In this document: piece after piece, positions 36,252 to 46,114 of the stretch | Numbering within the stretch: the stretch's first letter is position 1 | How the letters are laid out: each line of letters begins with the position of its first letter | Source of the DNA: a virus | Lineage: Duplodnaviria; Heunggongvirae; Uroviricota; Caudoviricetes | DNA length: 64,000 bases | Direction: 5' to 3' (one strand) | IMG/VR virus record: IMGVR_UViG_3300044796_000394 | Notes under the pieces: model-generated | Told to the model about the DNA's origin: nothing | Database searches by the model: none | The model's input: only the letters and a program-made list of their open reading frames with translations | Translations under genes and position numbers: made by a program

Positions 36252-37511
36252 ATGAATTTCAAAGTATGGCTTGTGAAAAACGACGATATGTTGGAAATGG
36301 CCGACATTCGCAACACTTCAACGGATGACGTTAAGCTAGAACCATTAAGTGATGATGATTTTGATGAAAATGAAGCCGAAGCGAATTGTGATCACGAACT
36401 TCGTTTTAATGATTATAGAAATGCCGAGGTTTATGATGTGCCAGAGGATGATCCTTCATTTACAACAGAATCACCTAGCGAATGGCGACATGACAACCCA
36501 CCACCAGACAAACACGATTACGAAAATTGGGAAAAAGACGAAGATTACATAAAAGATTTAGAGTCGTGGAAGCAAGAAAAAGCCGAAGTTGAACAACAGT
36601 ATAAAGTTGCTTCGGACGCATGGGAAAAGGAAATGAAGCCCAAGCGATACAAAGCAGAAGATGAAGAATCCAACGCACGTTACGAAGCTATTCAAAATTG
36701 CGTAGAAGAAAAAAGAGCAGAGTGGGAAAAAGAAAATGGCGGATTTAAATCAAAGTTCAATCATCAAGGTGATGATTTTGAAGTCAGCTTGGCAAGAAAA
36801 GAAATCAAATACGCAAACGAACCAATTCCCCACTGCTATGAGATAGAGTTTTCAGGTGCTAATGATTTTGCAACAACAGGCAAGGCGGGAATGACAGCCT
36901 CTAGCGTCTATACTAAGCTTTTATTGGTCATCAAAAAACTGATGGACACGCACGAAGTTAATGGATTGATATTCCGACCGTCTGAACCGGGAATGGCTAC
37001 AATTTACAACAGATTCTTTGATAAATTTCTTAAACGGGATTTCGTTAAAGTGTCAGACAAAGAGTGTGTTAAGAAAGCCTATATCCGGTCACTGCAATTT
37101 GATCCGAGACAAAAACAAGCGACGTATTTCCAAAGGTGGCAAGCAGGCCGCACCGTCCAAAGTAAATTGAAAACGATCAAAGCCAATAGAGAGTTAGTAC
37201 GACATGTCAGAAAACTTTCCCAAGTGTCTCTGGGAAATGTAGTTCAAACAACTGACGGGTTCAATATTTACGTGGCACAAATTAGCGACTCAGGGCAACC
37301 GATTGTACAAGGAATTTCAGACCGTGGCGGCGTTATCAAGGGTATCAAGTTACCCGTTCAATACGTCACAACGAATTTATCCACACCCGAAAATACAAAA
37401 ACAATACTGAGTCGTATCGTCAATGATCCCGACTGGTCAGAAACCATCGAGGAAGTTAACCCCAAAACATTCAGACCGCTCTTGCAAAAATACGGCTTAC
37501 ACCCAAGTTAA
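36252..37511 (+). CDS. hypothetical, probable head-packaged protein
   Basis: Starts MNFKVWL...LEMA after TAAATA-N4-ATG and has an acidic N-terminal half. Confidence 0.6.
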   Translation: MNFKVWLVKNDDMLEMADIRNTSTDDVKLEPLSDDDFDENEAEANCDHELRFNDYRNAEVYDVPEDDPSFTTESPSEWRHDNPPPDKHDYENWEKDEDYIKDLESWKQEKAEVEQQYKVASDAWEKEMKPKRYKAEDEESNARYEAIQNCVEEKRAEWEKENGGFKSKFNHQGDDFEVSLARKEIKYANEPIPHCYEIEFSGANDFATTGKAGMTASSVYTKLLLVIKKLMDTHEVNGLIFRPSEPGMATIYNRFFDKFLKRDFVKVSDKECVKKAYIRSLQFDPRQKQATYFQRWQAGRTVQSKLKTIKANRELVRHVRKLSQVSLGNVVQTTDGFNIYVAQISDSGQPIVQGISDRGGVIKGIKLPVQYVTTNLSTPENTKTILSRIVNDPDWSETIEEVNPKTFRPLLQKYGLHPS

Positions 37512-37988
37512 CTTCCAATTATAAACAAGCTGCATACTTGAAGTCTTGGAAGTATCACCAAAAGTTGCCATACTGAACAAGTCGCCATTGGCCAATTCAA
37601 GAGCCATTTCATTGATCGTATCGCCCACAAGTTCTGAGAACGTTACGGTTGTCGTGAAAGTAACCTGTTGTGGGAAATCGTCGTCAATAGACGCAATCAC
37701 GGGCTTAGTCAAAGTCGTAGGGCCAAACAATCCAGTGCGGTTATCGTCTACCAATCTTGGGCTTCCGCCTAACGTACCGCTGTTGCCGAACAAAACACGG
37801 GCAACGTAAAACTGAAATGGGCCTGTATAATCGTTGGCAAGCGTTCTAGCCAAGGCGTTTCTGCCCGACAAAAGAACCTTATTCTTAACGACAGTTTTGG
37901 CAATGGTACCGTCTAGGTTTTGAACGGTCAAAAATATTTTGCCGTATGAACCAATCTCTGTATCTTCTTTGATGATCTCTTGAGTCAT
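37497..37988 (-). CDS. baseplate/tail-collar protein (gpH N-terminal-like)
   Basis: N.VL.SGR.ALA, FG.SG, INEMAL...G.LFS..TF...KT...W. Confidence 0.65.
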   Translation of the reverse strand: MTQEIIKEDTEIGSYGKIFLTVQNLDGTIAKTVVKNKVLLSGRNALARTLANDYTGPFQFYVARVLFGNSGTLGGSPRLVDDNRTGLFGPTTLTKPVIASIDDDFPQQVTFTTTVTFSELVGDTINEMALELANGDLFSMATFGDTSKTSSMQLVYNWKLTWV

Positions 37989-37991
37989 ATT

Positions 37992-38693
37992 CTATGCCAC
38001 TCCTGTATTATCTCTATTTATAAACAATCGTTCTATTCTTTGATATTGCCCGCCACTACCCAAAATGTCGGTTTTTGTTGGTATGTTTAACACACTGACA
38101 AAATCTGGCGGGGCAACATATTCTGAAACATAAACATCATGCTTGCCAGACCAACCACGCACTACATCCCAAAATTCTTCAGTATCAAATTTTTGTCCGT
38201 GTATCTGCGTGTGATTAAGATAGGGGGGATCGCAATAAATCAGCGAACCATCAGGCAAATCCTGTATGTCTCTATAATCAGAATAAATAAAATTAACATC
38301 CTGAAGTTGAGCTGCCTTTTTCTTTAACGCAGACGCAGCATTCCCGCAAAAATTCCTATCGCCATCTCTAGCGTAACCACCAAACCATTTTCCCGCATAA
38401 CTACAACCAAACCCAACAAACGCCCTCAAAGCACTCGGTTGCGAATGCTTCAATTCAGAATATTGTTGTTCTGTAACCACTGCCGGATAATCAAATGTCC
38501 CTGCCTGAACTTCTTTGAGCAACATAATCAAATCGGGATGAAAATCTAAAGCTAAACGCTCTCCGTCCATAAGACAGAGAACATTGGCGCTACCCACAAA
38601 TGGCTCAACATAAACCTGACGATCTTTTCTAACACCGTTGAGGAAGTTGGCTATCTTTTTAGCGATACGTGCTTTGCCCCCAAAGTATCTCAT
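37992..38693 (-). CDS. dam: DNA adenine methyltransferase (Dam/D12 class)
   Basis: Motifs MRYFGGK, YVEPFVGSANV and IYCDPPY. Confidence 0.9.
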   Translation of the reverse strand: MRYFGGKARIAKKIANFLNGVRKDRQVYVEPFVGSANVLCLMDGERLALDFHPDLIMLLKEVQAGTFDYPAVVTEQQYSELKHSQPSALRAFVGFGCSYAGKWFGGYARDGDRNFCGNAASALKKKAAQLQDVNFIYSDYRDIQDLPDGSLIYCDPPYLNHTQIHGQKFDTEEFWDVVRGWSGKHDVYVSEYVAPPDFVSVLNIPTKTDILGSGGQYQRIERLFINRDNTGVA

Positions 38694-41623
38694 CGTCTCT
38701 CCACAGTACACCAAATCACTTCTTTGGCATGAACAACCTCATCCACGGCTTCACCATTATTCAAACGATTTAACATCTGCATACGGAAAGAGACAGGAAT
38801 AGGATCATGAGCCTGATTTACTTCAATCACACCATCTGTGCGACGATCAATCAATTGGAAATCAGTACCATCTTGCGTTGTTACTGGAATTTTCGTGAAA
38901 TTGATAAGAGAATAACTAATACCAGTAGTTCCCGCCAAACCCCAATCGATCACTGGCCCAAACAAATAAATATCATTACCATCAATGTTGGACATTTGAT
39001 AGTAAACAGAGTCAATAACTACCAAATAATTTTCCTTGAAGTCGCTGCTTTCAACAACATTCATTGGCGGATTGGCACCATTCTGAATTCCCAAAGTCGA
39101 TTCGTAATTGATCGTCGTAGTCAACTTCATTCCATTGAATGCTAATGTTCCGTAACCAGTATTGACCACTCTCTTGAGTGCTTGATAGTTAACGCTACCA
39201 ACAACATTACCACCGCTCCAGCCATCCAAGTATAAATTATCAGTCGCCCCACCCGAAACAGCGGAAATAATGCTGTACTGGTTAGAGCCAATCTTGATGT
39301 AATCATCTTGCTTGACATTCCATTCATTAACAATCGGACTCGTAACTAATCGTCCAACAAATCTAACATCCACTTGGCCAGCAGTTCCACTTTCAGCTAC
39401 CATACTACCCGGCGTCAAAAGATCATAATTCAAACCTGTTACAAATCCAGCCGTCCACCCACTAATCATAAGGCTATTGTTTGACTGTACGATGCTGATA
39501 GGATAAGTTCCGGCATATATGCCAGCGTTAACCCGAATAGACCACGTGCCGCCATCCACTATCGGATAATCCAACAATATTTCAGTAGCAGTAAACGTTG
39601 ATTGGTTTTCCTGATAGATGCTCGCCCCGGATTCGGTGAATAGCTGATTCGAAAATCGGAAACCAAATCCAGAACTACTCAATGGAAAATCTGTCAAACC
39701 AATAACTTCACCGCCAGCAGCTAAGGAATATTCACCAAGATGTGGCCCTGCTTGGATTTCTAAAAGGTTCGTCGTTCCAATACCCAAATCATCAAAATCA
39801 TAACCGGGTGCACTCAACATCACTCTTAGGTTAAAACCGTTCCCGTCAGAACCAGTAGCTACCGTTGAAGTGTTAGCTAACATATTCCGTTTTAGTTCAT
39901 CAGCATCCGACAATCCATCTTCAATAATTCTGTTGAAATCAAATTGTGAAACAATCACATTATCGTAAAGATCACAATGAATCAAACATTCAATTAATTC
40001 TTCTGGTGGTGGAATAAGTTCGTCTACCAATCCAACATAGTTAATCGTATGGAGAGGACTATGGAATGGCAAAAAGTCCTTAATGACTTCTTCGGCTTCC
40101 TGAATTCGATCATTTGACATTTTCTCAATCAAAACATCCAACGACACTTGACTACTACGGCATCCTGAACAAATATCATAAAAAGACGCATCGATATGGC
40201 AAGGTTCTTCCGAGTCACTGGTTGAACCGTTATACTCATCCATATTGTAAATGTTTTCCGAGTACGGAAACTCAGTTCGTCGCTTACCCCAAATAACAGG
40301 GTATTGAAAGGCGTGTTTAGCCGGACAAACCACATCAATCAAAGCATCATCTTCGGCAATCAATCTAACATTCCAGTTTTTCACCGGATAAGTTACCGTC
40401 ATCTCATCTCTATTATCCGACAACGGAAGCGACTGAATATAAGTCTCAATATTTTGGTCTTCGGGTTCGGCAACCTTATACAGTACTTTAACAATATCGC
40501 CAACTTCCAACAGATCGCAAATATCCGAATCTAATACCAATGTCGTGTAATACTCATTGCTTGTAGGACAATCATCAGTAGCCGTCGAGTGGTCAACGAA
40601 TACATAATTGGCCGATGAAACCTCAACGTAATTAGCAGAACTCTGTCGTCTATATGAAACGACAAAATTATAGCTATCTTCCGGCAACTTCGCACGCTTA
40701 GCTAATTGTAACGTACAGTCGCCCGTATAAACAATACCTTCTTGCCATGTCGCTTTACTCGCCACTTGCCAATAATGAGTCAGTTTTTTGAATTGAATAC
40801 CACATTGATCTAATGCTTCACGAAGTCCGCCAATCGTACCTTTTTTCTTGTAAAGTGGAATTGCACGCCGACACTGCCGACGCCACAAAATACTATCATT
40901 GGATCTTAACTTCCATCTAAAGAAATTGGCTATATAAGGCAGTAAGGTATCTTTAACAACATTAGCATCTTGTAAATCAATCAGTTGATTGGCCAAATCC
41001 TCTAAATCCGTAAATCCTTTAGCTACAGCCGAACTAAATCTAGCCAAGACATCAGGCGTCAAATCTCCTTGCCCCAACTGAAGTTTGAACATCTCTGGCA
41101 GATAGCGATCCAAAAGGACTTCGTACTTGCCGGGTTTAGTTAAGTGTCTAGGTGGTGCAGCAGGATGACTATCGGCAGTCAAGAAAAAGTAGAAAGATTT
41201 ACTGAGGGTGTTGCCAGCAGGTACAGGTGTCCAAGCATAACAAAGGAAATAATCACCTTCACGGGCAAGTTCTGGCGTCCATTGAAGTTGAAAGTGCCCT
41301 ACTTCCGGCATTCCATCAACGTCGTAAGGAATTCTTTCTATAACGGCATTAGGAGTATCAGAAGATAGCCAAGCGGGATAATCATCGCTGCCATAAACCT
41401 TGAAGGGAATGGCATCGCTATAAGTGAACTGCGTATTGCTACCAGCTACGAATTGAGTGATTTGATAGTACTGATCTGTGACGTAATTGCGTTCAACAAA
41501 GAAAATAGTGACCCGATCAACCTTATACGGATCAGATTGATTGCCTGATTCGTCGGTTGTATAGAGATCGAACAAAATCGTATCTCTTACTGTCGGGTTT
41601 TGGTTATAAGCTATTAGTCCCAT
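38690..41623 (-). CDS. Baseplate wedge protein (P2 gpI / T4 gp7-like)
   Basis: LLPYIANFF.W...RRAIPLYKKKGT..GL..AL. It follows the gp6/J-like gene. Confidence 0.75.
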   Translation of the reverse strand: MGLIAYNQNPTVRDTILFDLYTTDESGNQSDPYKVDRVTIFFVERNYVTDQYYQITQFVAGSNTQFTYSDAIPFKVYGSDDYPAWLSSDTPNAVIERIPYDVDGMPEVGHFQLQWTPELAREGDYFLCYAWTPVPAGNTLSKSFYFFLTADSHPAAPPRHLTKPGKYEVLLDRYLPEMFKLQLGQGDLTPDVLARFSSAVAKGFTDLEDLANQLIDLQDANVVKDTLLPYIANFFRWKLRSNDSILWRRQCRRAIPLYKKKGTIGGLREALDQCGIQFKKLTHYWQVASKATWQEGIVYTGDCTLQLAKRAKLPEDSYNFVVSYRRQSSANYVEVSSANYVFVDHSTATDDCPTSNEYYTTLVLDSDICDLLEVGDIVKVLYKVAEPEDQNIETYIQSLPLSDNRDEMTVTYPVKNWNVRLIAEDDALIDVVCPAKHAFQYPVIWGKRRTEFPYSENIYNMDEYNGSTSDSEEPCHIDASFYDICSGCRSSQVSLDVLIEKMSNDRIQEAEEVIKDFLPFHSPLHTINYVGLVDELIPPPEELIECLIHCDLYDNVIVSQFDFNRIIEDGLSDADELKRNMLANTSTVATGSDGNGFNLRVMLSAPGYDFDDLGIGTTNLLEIQAGPHLGEYSLAAGGEVIGLTDFPLSSSGFGFRFSNQLFTESGASIYQENQSTFTATEILLDYPIVDGGTWSIRVNAGIYAGTYPISIVQSNNSLMISGWTAGFVTGLNYDLLTPGSMVAESGTAGQVDVRFVGRLVTSPIVNEWNVKQDDYIKIGSNQYSIISAVSGGATDNLYLDGWSGGNVVGSVNYQALKRVVNTGYGTLAFNGMKLTTTINYESTLGIQNGANPPMNVVESSDFKENYLVVIDSVYYQMSNIDGNDIYLFGPVIDWGLAGTTGISYSLINFTKIPVTTQDGTDFQLIDRRTDGVIEVNQAHDPIPVSFRMQMLNRLNNGEAVDEVVHAKEVIWCTVERR

Positions 41624-41626
41624 ATT

Positions 41627-43177
41627 TTACTCAAATGTCAAAACGATATTAGTCGAATCGGGTCGTATAATTTCATAGTAAGCAGCCGAAACCGTATCGC
41701 CCACTTGATCTATATCGGAAGTCGTAAACGTCAAATTGATGCTGCTAATTTCCTTGATGTCAGCTAACGATTGACTGATTTCAACACCCCTCAACGGCTT
41801 GCCATATTCCCAATTGTTCAAAGAGAAAAACAAATTAATCCTCTGAATGACTTTCTGACGAATTTCTTCGGAAAATTTTCTGTAAAACTTATTAACATTT
41901 AAGTCAATCACAGTATCCACGTACTTCACAACACCATCTTTGATACAAAGATAATCGGAAATCATCTTCTTTTCTTCAAAGTAATTGCCCAATTCTACTT
42001 TCATCAAATCGTTTGAAATCATCAAACCATCGGTTCCATCTAAAGACAAGACGTAAAGGTCAATAACGTTACCAGCACAACCACTATTCCTCAATACCGC
42101 TGTGGCTTTTCCGATTTGTCCATTGGTTGCTGTCACAAACAATTCCGCTAAAATTTTATAATCCTCACCAGTTACCGCACGATCCTGTACTTTGTTGTAA
42201 GCAGGCAATTTCCGTCTAATTTCCTCAATACCATCCCCGTCATAACCGAATTCCCCACGGGTGTAATTCGTAATGGTAATAGGTACCGTTACACCGAAAC
42301 CCGGAACAATAAAACCAGATTGAACTACAATCGCACCACTGACGATATTACCACGACTTCCGCCTCCAACTCTGTAGGTAATACCAATTTGCGATCCTTG
42401 ACTTGGAATCGCACCCCCTACACCATCTCCAAATTGAATCGTCACATTATAAGACGAATCAAAAGAAACACGATATTCCTGTCTAGGTTGGCCATCGGTG
42501 AAAAAGTCAACCTGCGTCCAACGAGTACCGTCAACATCAACACGCACAGAATCAAAAAGAACAGGCGATTGTAAAGTCACATAAGCCTGATTGGTTTCAC
42601 CTGTACTGTTAAACTGATCACTGAGAGTTTGACCTTCTAGGCCAATAATAGCAGTATTGGTTAACGAACCTGCAGGAATGATAATATCTTGATCGTATAA
42701 AGGATTGTTCAATGGATCAGCAGGAAACAATTCATAATTAATCGTACCATTAGCACTGCCCGTAGACACACTAAACCCCGCAGGAATTACCATGTCGGTA
42801 GAAAGCAAAGAATTGATCGTGAAGGAAAATAAAGCCCTAGCTGCCAATGGAGGTGTAGGTTGAAATCCAACTTGATTAGCTATACGAAACGCATTTTCAA
42901 TTTCTGATACAGTATCAATAAACAGCTCATTAGCAATTTGATCCATTTTGAATGATAGCATATCAGCACAAAACGCCCAACTCTCCAATAACATTACGCC
43001 AAGATCAGCTTCAAAAAAGTCCGTAAAATCATTGGGGAACCGTTGCTCAACATACAATGCCAATCTGGTTTTGAGCGAATCAAAATCTTGATTAGTATAA
43101 TTAACGCTTGGCAGTACAGTTGGTGCCGAAGTGTTCGATTGCGTTAGCGGATTCAGAGAAATACAATTGTCACTCAT
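41627..43177 (-). CDS. Baseplate wedge protein (T4 gp6 / gpJ-like)
   Basis: NYTNQDFDSLK..L, FTDF...DLG.ML.E, QFGDG..G.IP, YRVGGG..GN and QDRAVTGEDY. Confidence 0.92.
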   Translation of the reverse strand: MSDNCISLNPLTQSNTSAPTVLPSVNYTNQDFDSLKTRLALYVEQRFPNDFTDFFEADLGVMLLESWAFCADMLSFKMDQIANELFIDTVSEIENAFRIANQVGFQPTPPLAARALFSFTINSLLSTDMVIPAGFSVSTGSANGTINYELFPADPLNNPLYDQDIIIPAGSLTNTAIIGLEGQTLSDQFNSTGETNQAYVTLQSPVLFDSVRVDVDGTRWTQVDFFTDGQPRQEYRVSFDSSYNVTIQFGDGVGGAIPSQGSQIGITYRVGGGSRGNIVSGAIVVQSGFIVPGFGVTVPITITNYTRGEFGYDGDGIEEIRRKLPAYNKVQDRAVTGEDYKILAELFVTATNGQIGKATAVLRNSGCAGNVIDLYVLSLDGTDGLMISNDLMKVELGNYFEEKKMISDYLCIKDGVVKYVDTVIDLNVNKFYRKFSEEIRQKVIQRINLFFSLNNWEYGKPLRGVEISQSLADIKEISSINLTFTTSDIDQVGDTVSAAYYEIIRPDSTNIVLTFE

Positions 43178-43180
43178 AAG

Positions 43181-43609
43181 TTAACTTCCAGATGGCAGAG
43201 GAACTTCTAATACTAAATCCTGAAACTCTGCGATATTATCTTCACTTCTAAACTGGATACGAATTGTTAAAATAGCGTCGCTTTGCGCCAAATCATCGTA
43301 AGGAGAAAGAATAGCTCTATCCCCACCCACAGTAACCTCAATCTGATCTACAGTTACTCTGGGTTCCCATTGATCAATCGAAGATGCGATCATGTCCTTT
43401 GCTCTATCCACTATCAATGCATCATTAGGATCAAAAATCAAATCTTTGAGCGGGGTACCAAAATCTGGCAACATAATCCTCTCGCCCGGACTAGTTAATA
43501 ACAAAATCAACAAATCTGCTTTGATTTGATCTACACCACTACTTCTTGAAAAGTATCCACCGGCTGATTTCTGTATTGGATAAGAAAATCCACGAAATGT
43601 ATTAGTCAT
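43181..43609 (-). CDS. Baseplate gp25/gpW-like protein
   Basis: LLLTSPGERIMLPDFGT...WEPRV. Confidence 0.92.
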   Translation of the reverse strand: MTNTFRGFSYPIQKSAGGYFSRSSGVDQIKADLLILLLTSPGERIMLPDFGTPLKDLIFDPNDALIVDRAKDMIASSIDQWEPRVTVDQIEVTVGGDRAILSPYDDLAQSDAILTIRIQFRSEDNIAEFQDLVLEVPLPSGS

Positions 43610-44027
43610 GTTTTCTTTCTAAGTACGCAATTGCACTTTTGAGAATTTTTACATCATCTTTACAACAAGACAATAAACGATTACATTTATTATGCAAAAT
43701 ACCTCTGATCTTGCCACTAGCATGACAATGATCGACATCTATTTGTGAAATTTCTTGATCTAATTTAACATTACAAATCGGACATAAGTAATTTTGATTT
43801 TTTAATATCACTTCATAATCTGCTAAACTAATTTTGTAAACATGTTTCAACCTCTTATGTTTTGTTCGCTTTCGCAAAACTTCTGGTTGTCGTGTCCGAA
43901 GTCGATGAACATAATTTTTTTCATACACAACGAATTTTTCTTTATTTTTAAGATACCATTTTCGCTGATAAGCACGACGCTCTTCAATTTCTTCTTGTGT
44001 TAAGTCAGAATATTTTTTCCAATTCAT
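43602..44027 (-). CDS. Endonuclease VII-family (homing) endonuclease
   Basis: CPIC...VDHCH.SGKIRGILH..CN..L...D...L..AI.YL. Confidence 0.85.
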   Translation of the reverse strand: MNWKKYSDLTQEEIEERRAYQRKWYLKNKEKFVVYEKNYVHRLRTRQPEVLRKRTKHKRLKHVYKISLADYEVILKNQNYLCPICNVKLDQEISQIDVDHCHASGKIRGILHNKCNRLLSCCKDDVKILKSAIAYLERKHD

Positions 44028-46114
44028 TGATGATTGTCCTCCGAAGCCGATGCAAATACACGATCACTTAAGCTGTTATATAATAGTTTTTTGTGCGTCG
44101 GATCATTTGGATCAGCCATGACACCAAAGTGAACGAACTGCGTATAAGGACAAACAAATGGATCTTTGCCAACCACTACAGGGTGAACACAAGGAACCTT
44201 ATTCAAAGGCAATTGATTAGGAACACCTCTCGCAGCCGACTCAGCAGCTATCTGTACATTCTCTAACGAACCAGATAATATATTGCTTCCCGTCGTATCA
44301 TCCGGCGGTGGACAATCACGCCCTGCCAACAAATAGATATAACTTTCGCTATGGAACATCGTCAACTTATTATGATTGAAATAGTAATCGCCACTGTTAA
44401 CAATATGCTTGCCAGTAATCTGAACTGATTTATTGCTTGGCGATTCCTTATCTTCCGTACCAACCGCCTCTTCATAATCATCATAAGAGTTAACTACCAA
44501 GTTACCACCAGCACGCAAGAATACCAATCCCGGCCCTTCAGCAGCTTCTTGAAAAATCAAGGTGTGATGTCCACGCTCTTTATTGTCGTATTGTGGAGCC
44601 AACAATTCAATTCGCTGTGTTTGTGTTTCTTCTTGACTACTGGAATCCATCATCATCAATTGTAAACCGTAACCAGACCGCAAAAGTACATATGCTTGAT
44701 CCGCTTTCGCTTGTGGTTCACCACCTTCTTGTCTCGGCAATCCAACTTGTTTATTTCCCTGATCGTGGAATTCCAAGCGATGCTTTGACGTACTTTCCAT
44801 CACAATACCACGCAAATCACCAGCCATTTCAGGATCACTTGTTTTTCCAATCGTGTGATCATAAAACTGCAACCGGTTACCCAAAGCAGTTTCAATTCTA
44901 ATGCCGTTCTTTTCACCACGAATCAAAGTATCCGATTCTTCATCATTCATCTCAAAAACGTGACCAGTTTGCGAACGAAGAAACATCTTCGCTTTGGTCA
45001 TATCAGTACAGCCGAAATCGTAATCCCTGTTCCAAGTTGGTTCGCCTTGCGGTTGATCTACGCTATCATCAATAACAAATTGCCCACCACCAACCGACTG
45101 AATTTGAATACCACTCTGAGGAAGTTCACATTTCGGGTTCTGATATTGGGCCAACGCTTCGGATGCCTGATAAAATCTCATTTCCTCTTGACGCTTATAA
45201 AACTTGTTGGCGAACGGCTCTTCGGTATCATTGGCCTTAACTGTATCACAATCAGTATCTTCGCCATCGCCGTTACAAGGGCTATCAGAACCTGCAGCCG
45301 TAAATCCCCATTGGCCAGCAGGATGTAAATGGTCATCCTTCATCATAAAAATGTTTGTCCGACCACTTGCGATTTCTACACGGCTCCATCGGTGGTTACA
45401 ATTGGCATCACCGTCAACCTGCTTGTAATAGTGCTTACCCGGTGTCTTAAAACCGTACTGGTGAGGATATGTTGCCAACTCTTTCGCATTAGTATCACTG
45501 TCAAAGTCTGTTTTGGTATCCCAATCCTTCATTTGATGATTATCGGTATTCCAAGGCATCTTAACTTGATCGCCTTCATTGGAACCCAACAAATAGCCAT
45601 TACGAGTACCTTCATAGAGTTTATCATATTCCGGCACCACGTAAGACCAAAGATCATGACGACTTTCATCTTCGTTTGTTGGAAGTTGATTATCGTCTGA
45701 GTTGTTGGCAGAAGCCTTGCCACGGGTACGAGTATAAAAAGTTCCAATGTAATATGCTTGGTTTTTATCACCATTTTCACAGAGTAAAGCCAACTTGCTA
45801 CCCGCAGGCGGCACCCACGTTACGCCGCAATCATCAAAGCCGCCAAACGGTGAAACTGGATAAGCCCAAGGTAAACCGCCAATCGGCGTTCCCGGTGCCG
45901 TGAAGAAAGGCGTGAAGTATTGTACTCGGCCTTCAGCTTGTGGATCAAGCGTACTCACACACAAAGCGCTGAACAAACTCGGTGTTGCCGAAGCAGCATA
46001 TTCCATTCGGTGGTTTTGAACCAATTCCGAACGTACAACTTTACGTGTATCAAATGTCGAATCCTGTAAATAGGCTTCGAGCTGTGCTATTCTTTTTTCT
46101 AGTTCTTTTATCAT
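44024..46114 (-). CDS. Baseplate central spike (gp5/VgrG-like OB domain)
   Basis: DPQAEGRVQ...WAYP.SPFGG...WVPPAGS...ENGD...YIG, followed by repeated short beta strands. No lysozyme motif was recognised. Confidence 0.8.
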   Translation of the reverse strand: MIKELEKRIAQLEAYLQDSTFDTRKVVRSELVQNHRMEYAASATPSLFSALCVSTLDPQAEGRVQYFTPFFTAPGTPIGGLPWAYPVSPFGGFDDCGVTWVPPAGSKLALLCENGDKNQAYYIGTFYTRTRGKASANNSDDNQLPTNEDESRHDLWSYVVPEYDKLYEGTRNGYLLGSNEGDQVKMPWNTDNHQMKDWDTKTDFDSDTNAKELATYPHQYGFKTPGKHYYKQVDGDANCNHRWSRVEIASGRTNIFMMKDDHLHPAGQWGFTAAGSDSPCNGDGEDTDCDTVKANDTEEPFANKFYKRQEEMRFYQASEALAQYQNPKCELPQSGIQIQSVGGGQFVIDDSVDQPQGEPTWNRDYDFGCTDMTKAKMFLRSQTGHVFEMNDEESDTLIRGEKNGIRIETALGNRLQFYDHTIGKTSDPEMAGDLRGIVMESTSKHRLEFHDQGNKQVGLPRQEGGEPQAKADQAYVLLRSGYGLQLMMMDSSSQEETQTQRIELLAPQYDNKERGHHTLIFQEAAEGPGLVFLRAGGNLVVNSYDDYEEAVGTEDKESPSNKSVQITGKHIVNSGDYYFNHNKLTMFHSESYIYLLAGRDCPPPDDTTGSNILSGSLENVQIAAESAARGVPNQLPLNKVPCVHPVVVGKDPFVCPYTQFVHFGVMADPNDPTHKKLLYNSLSDRVFASASEDNHQ

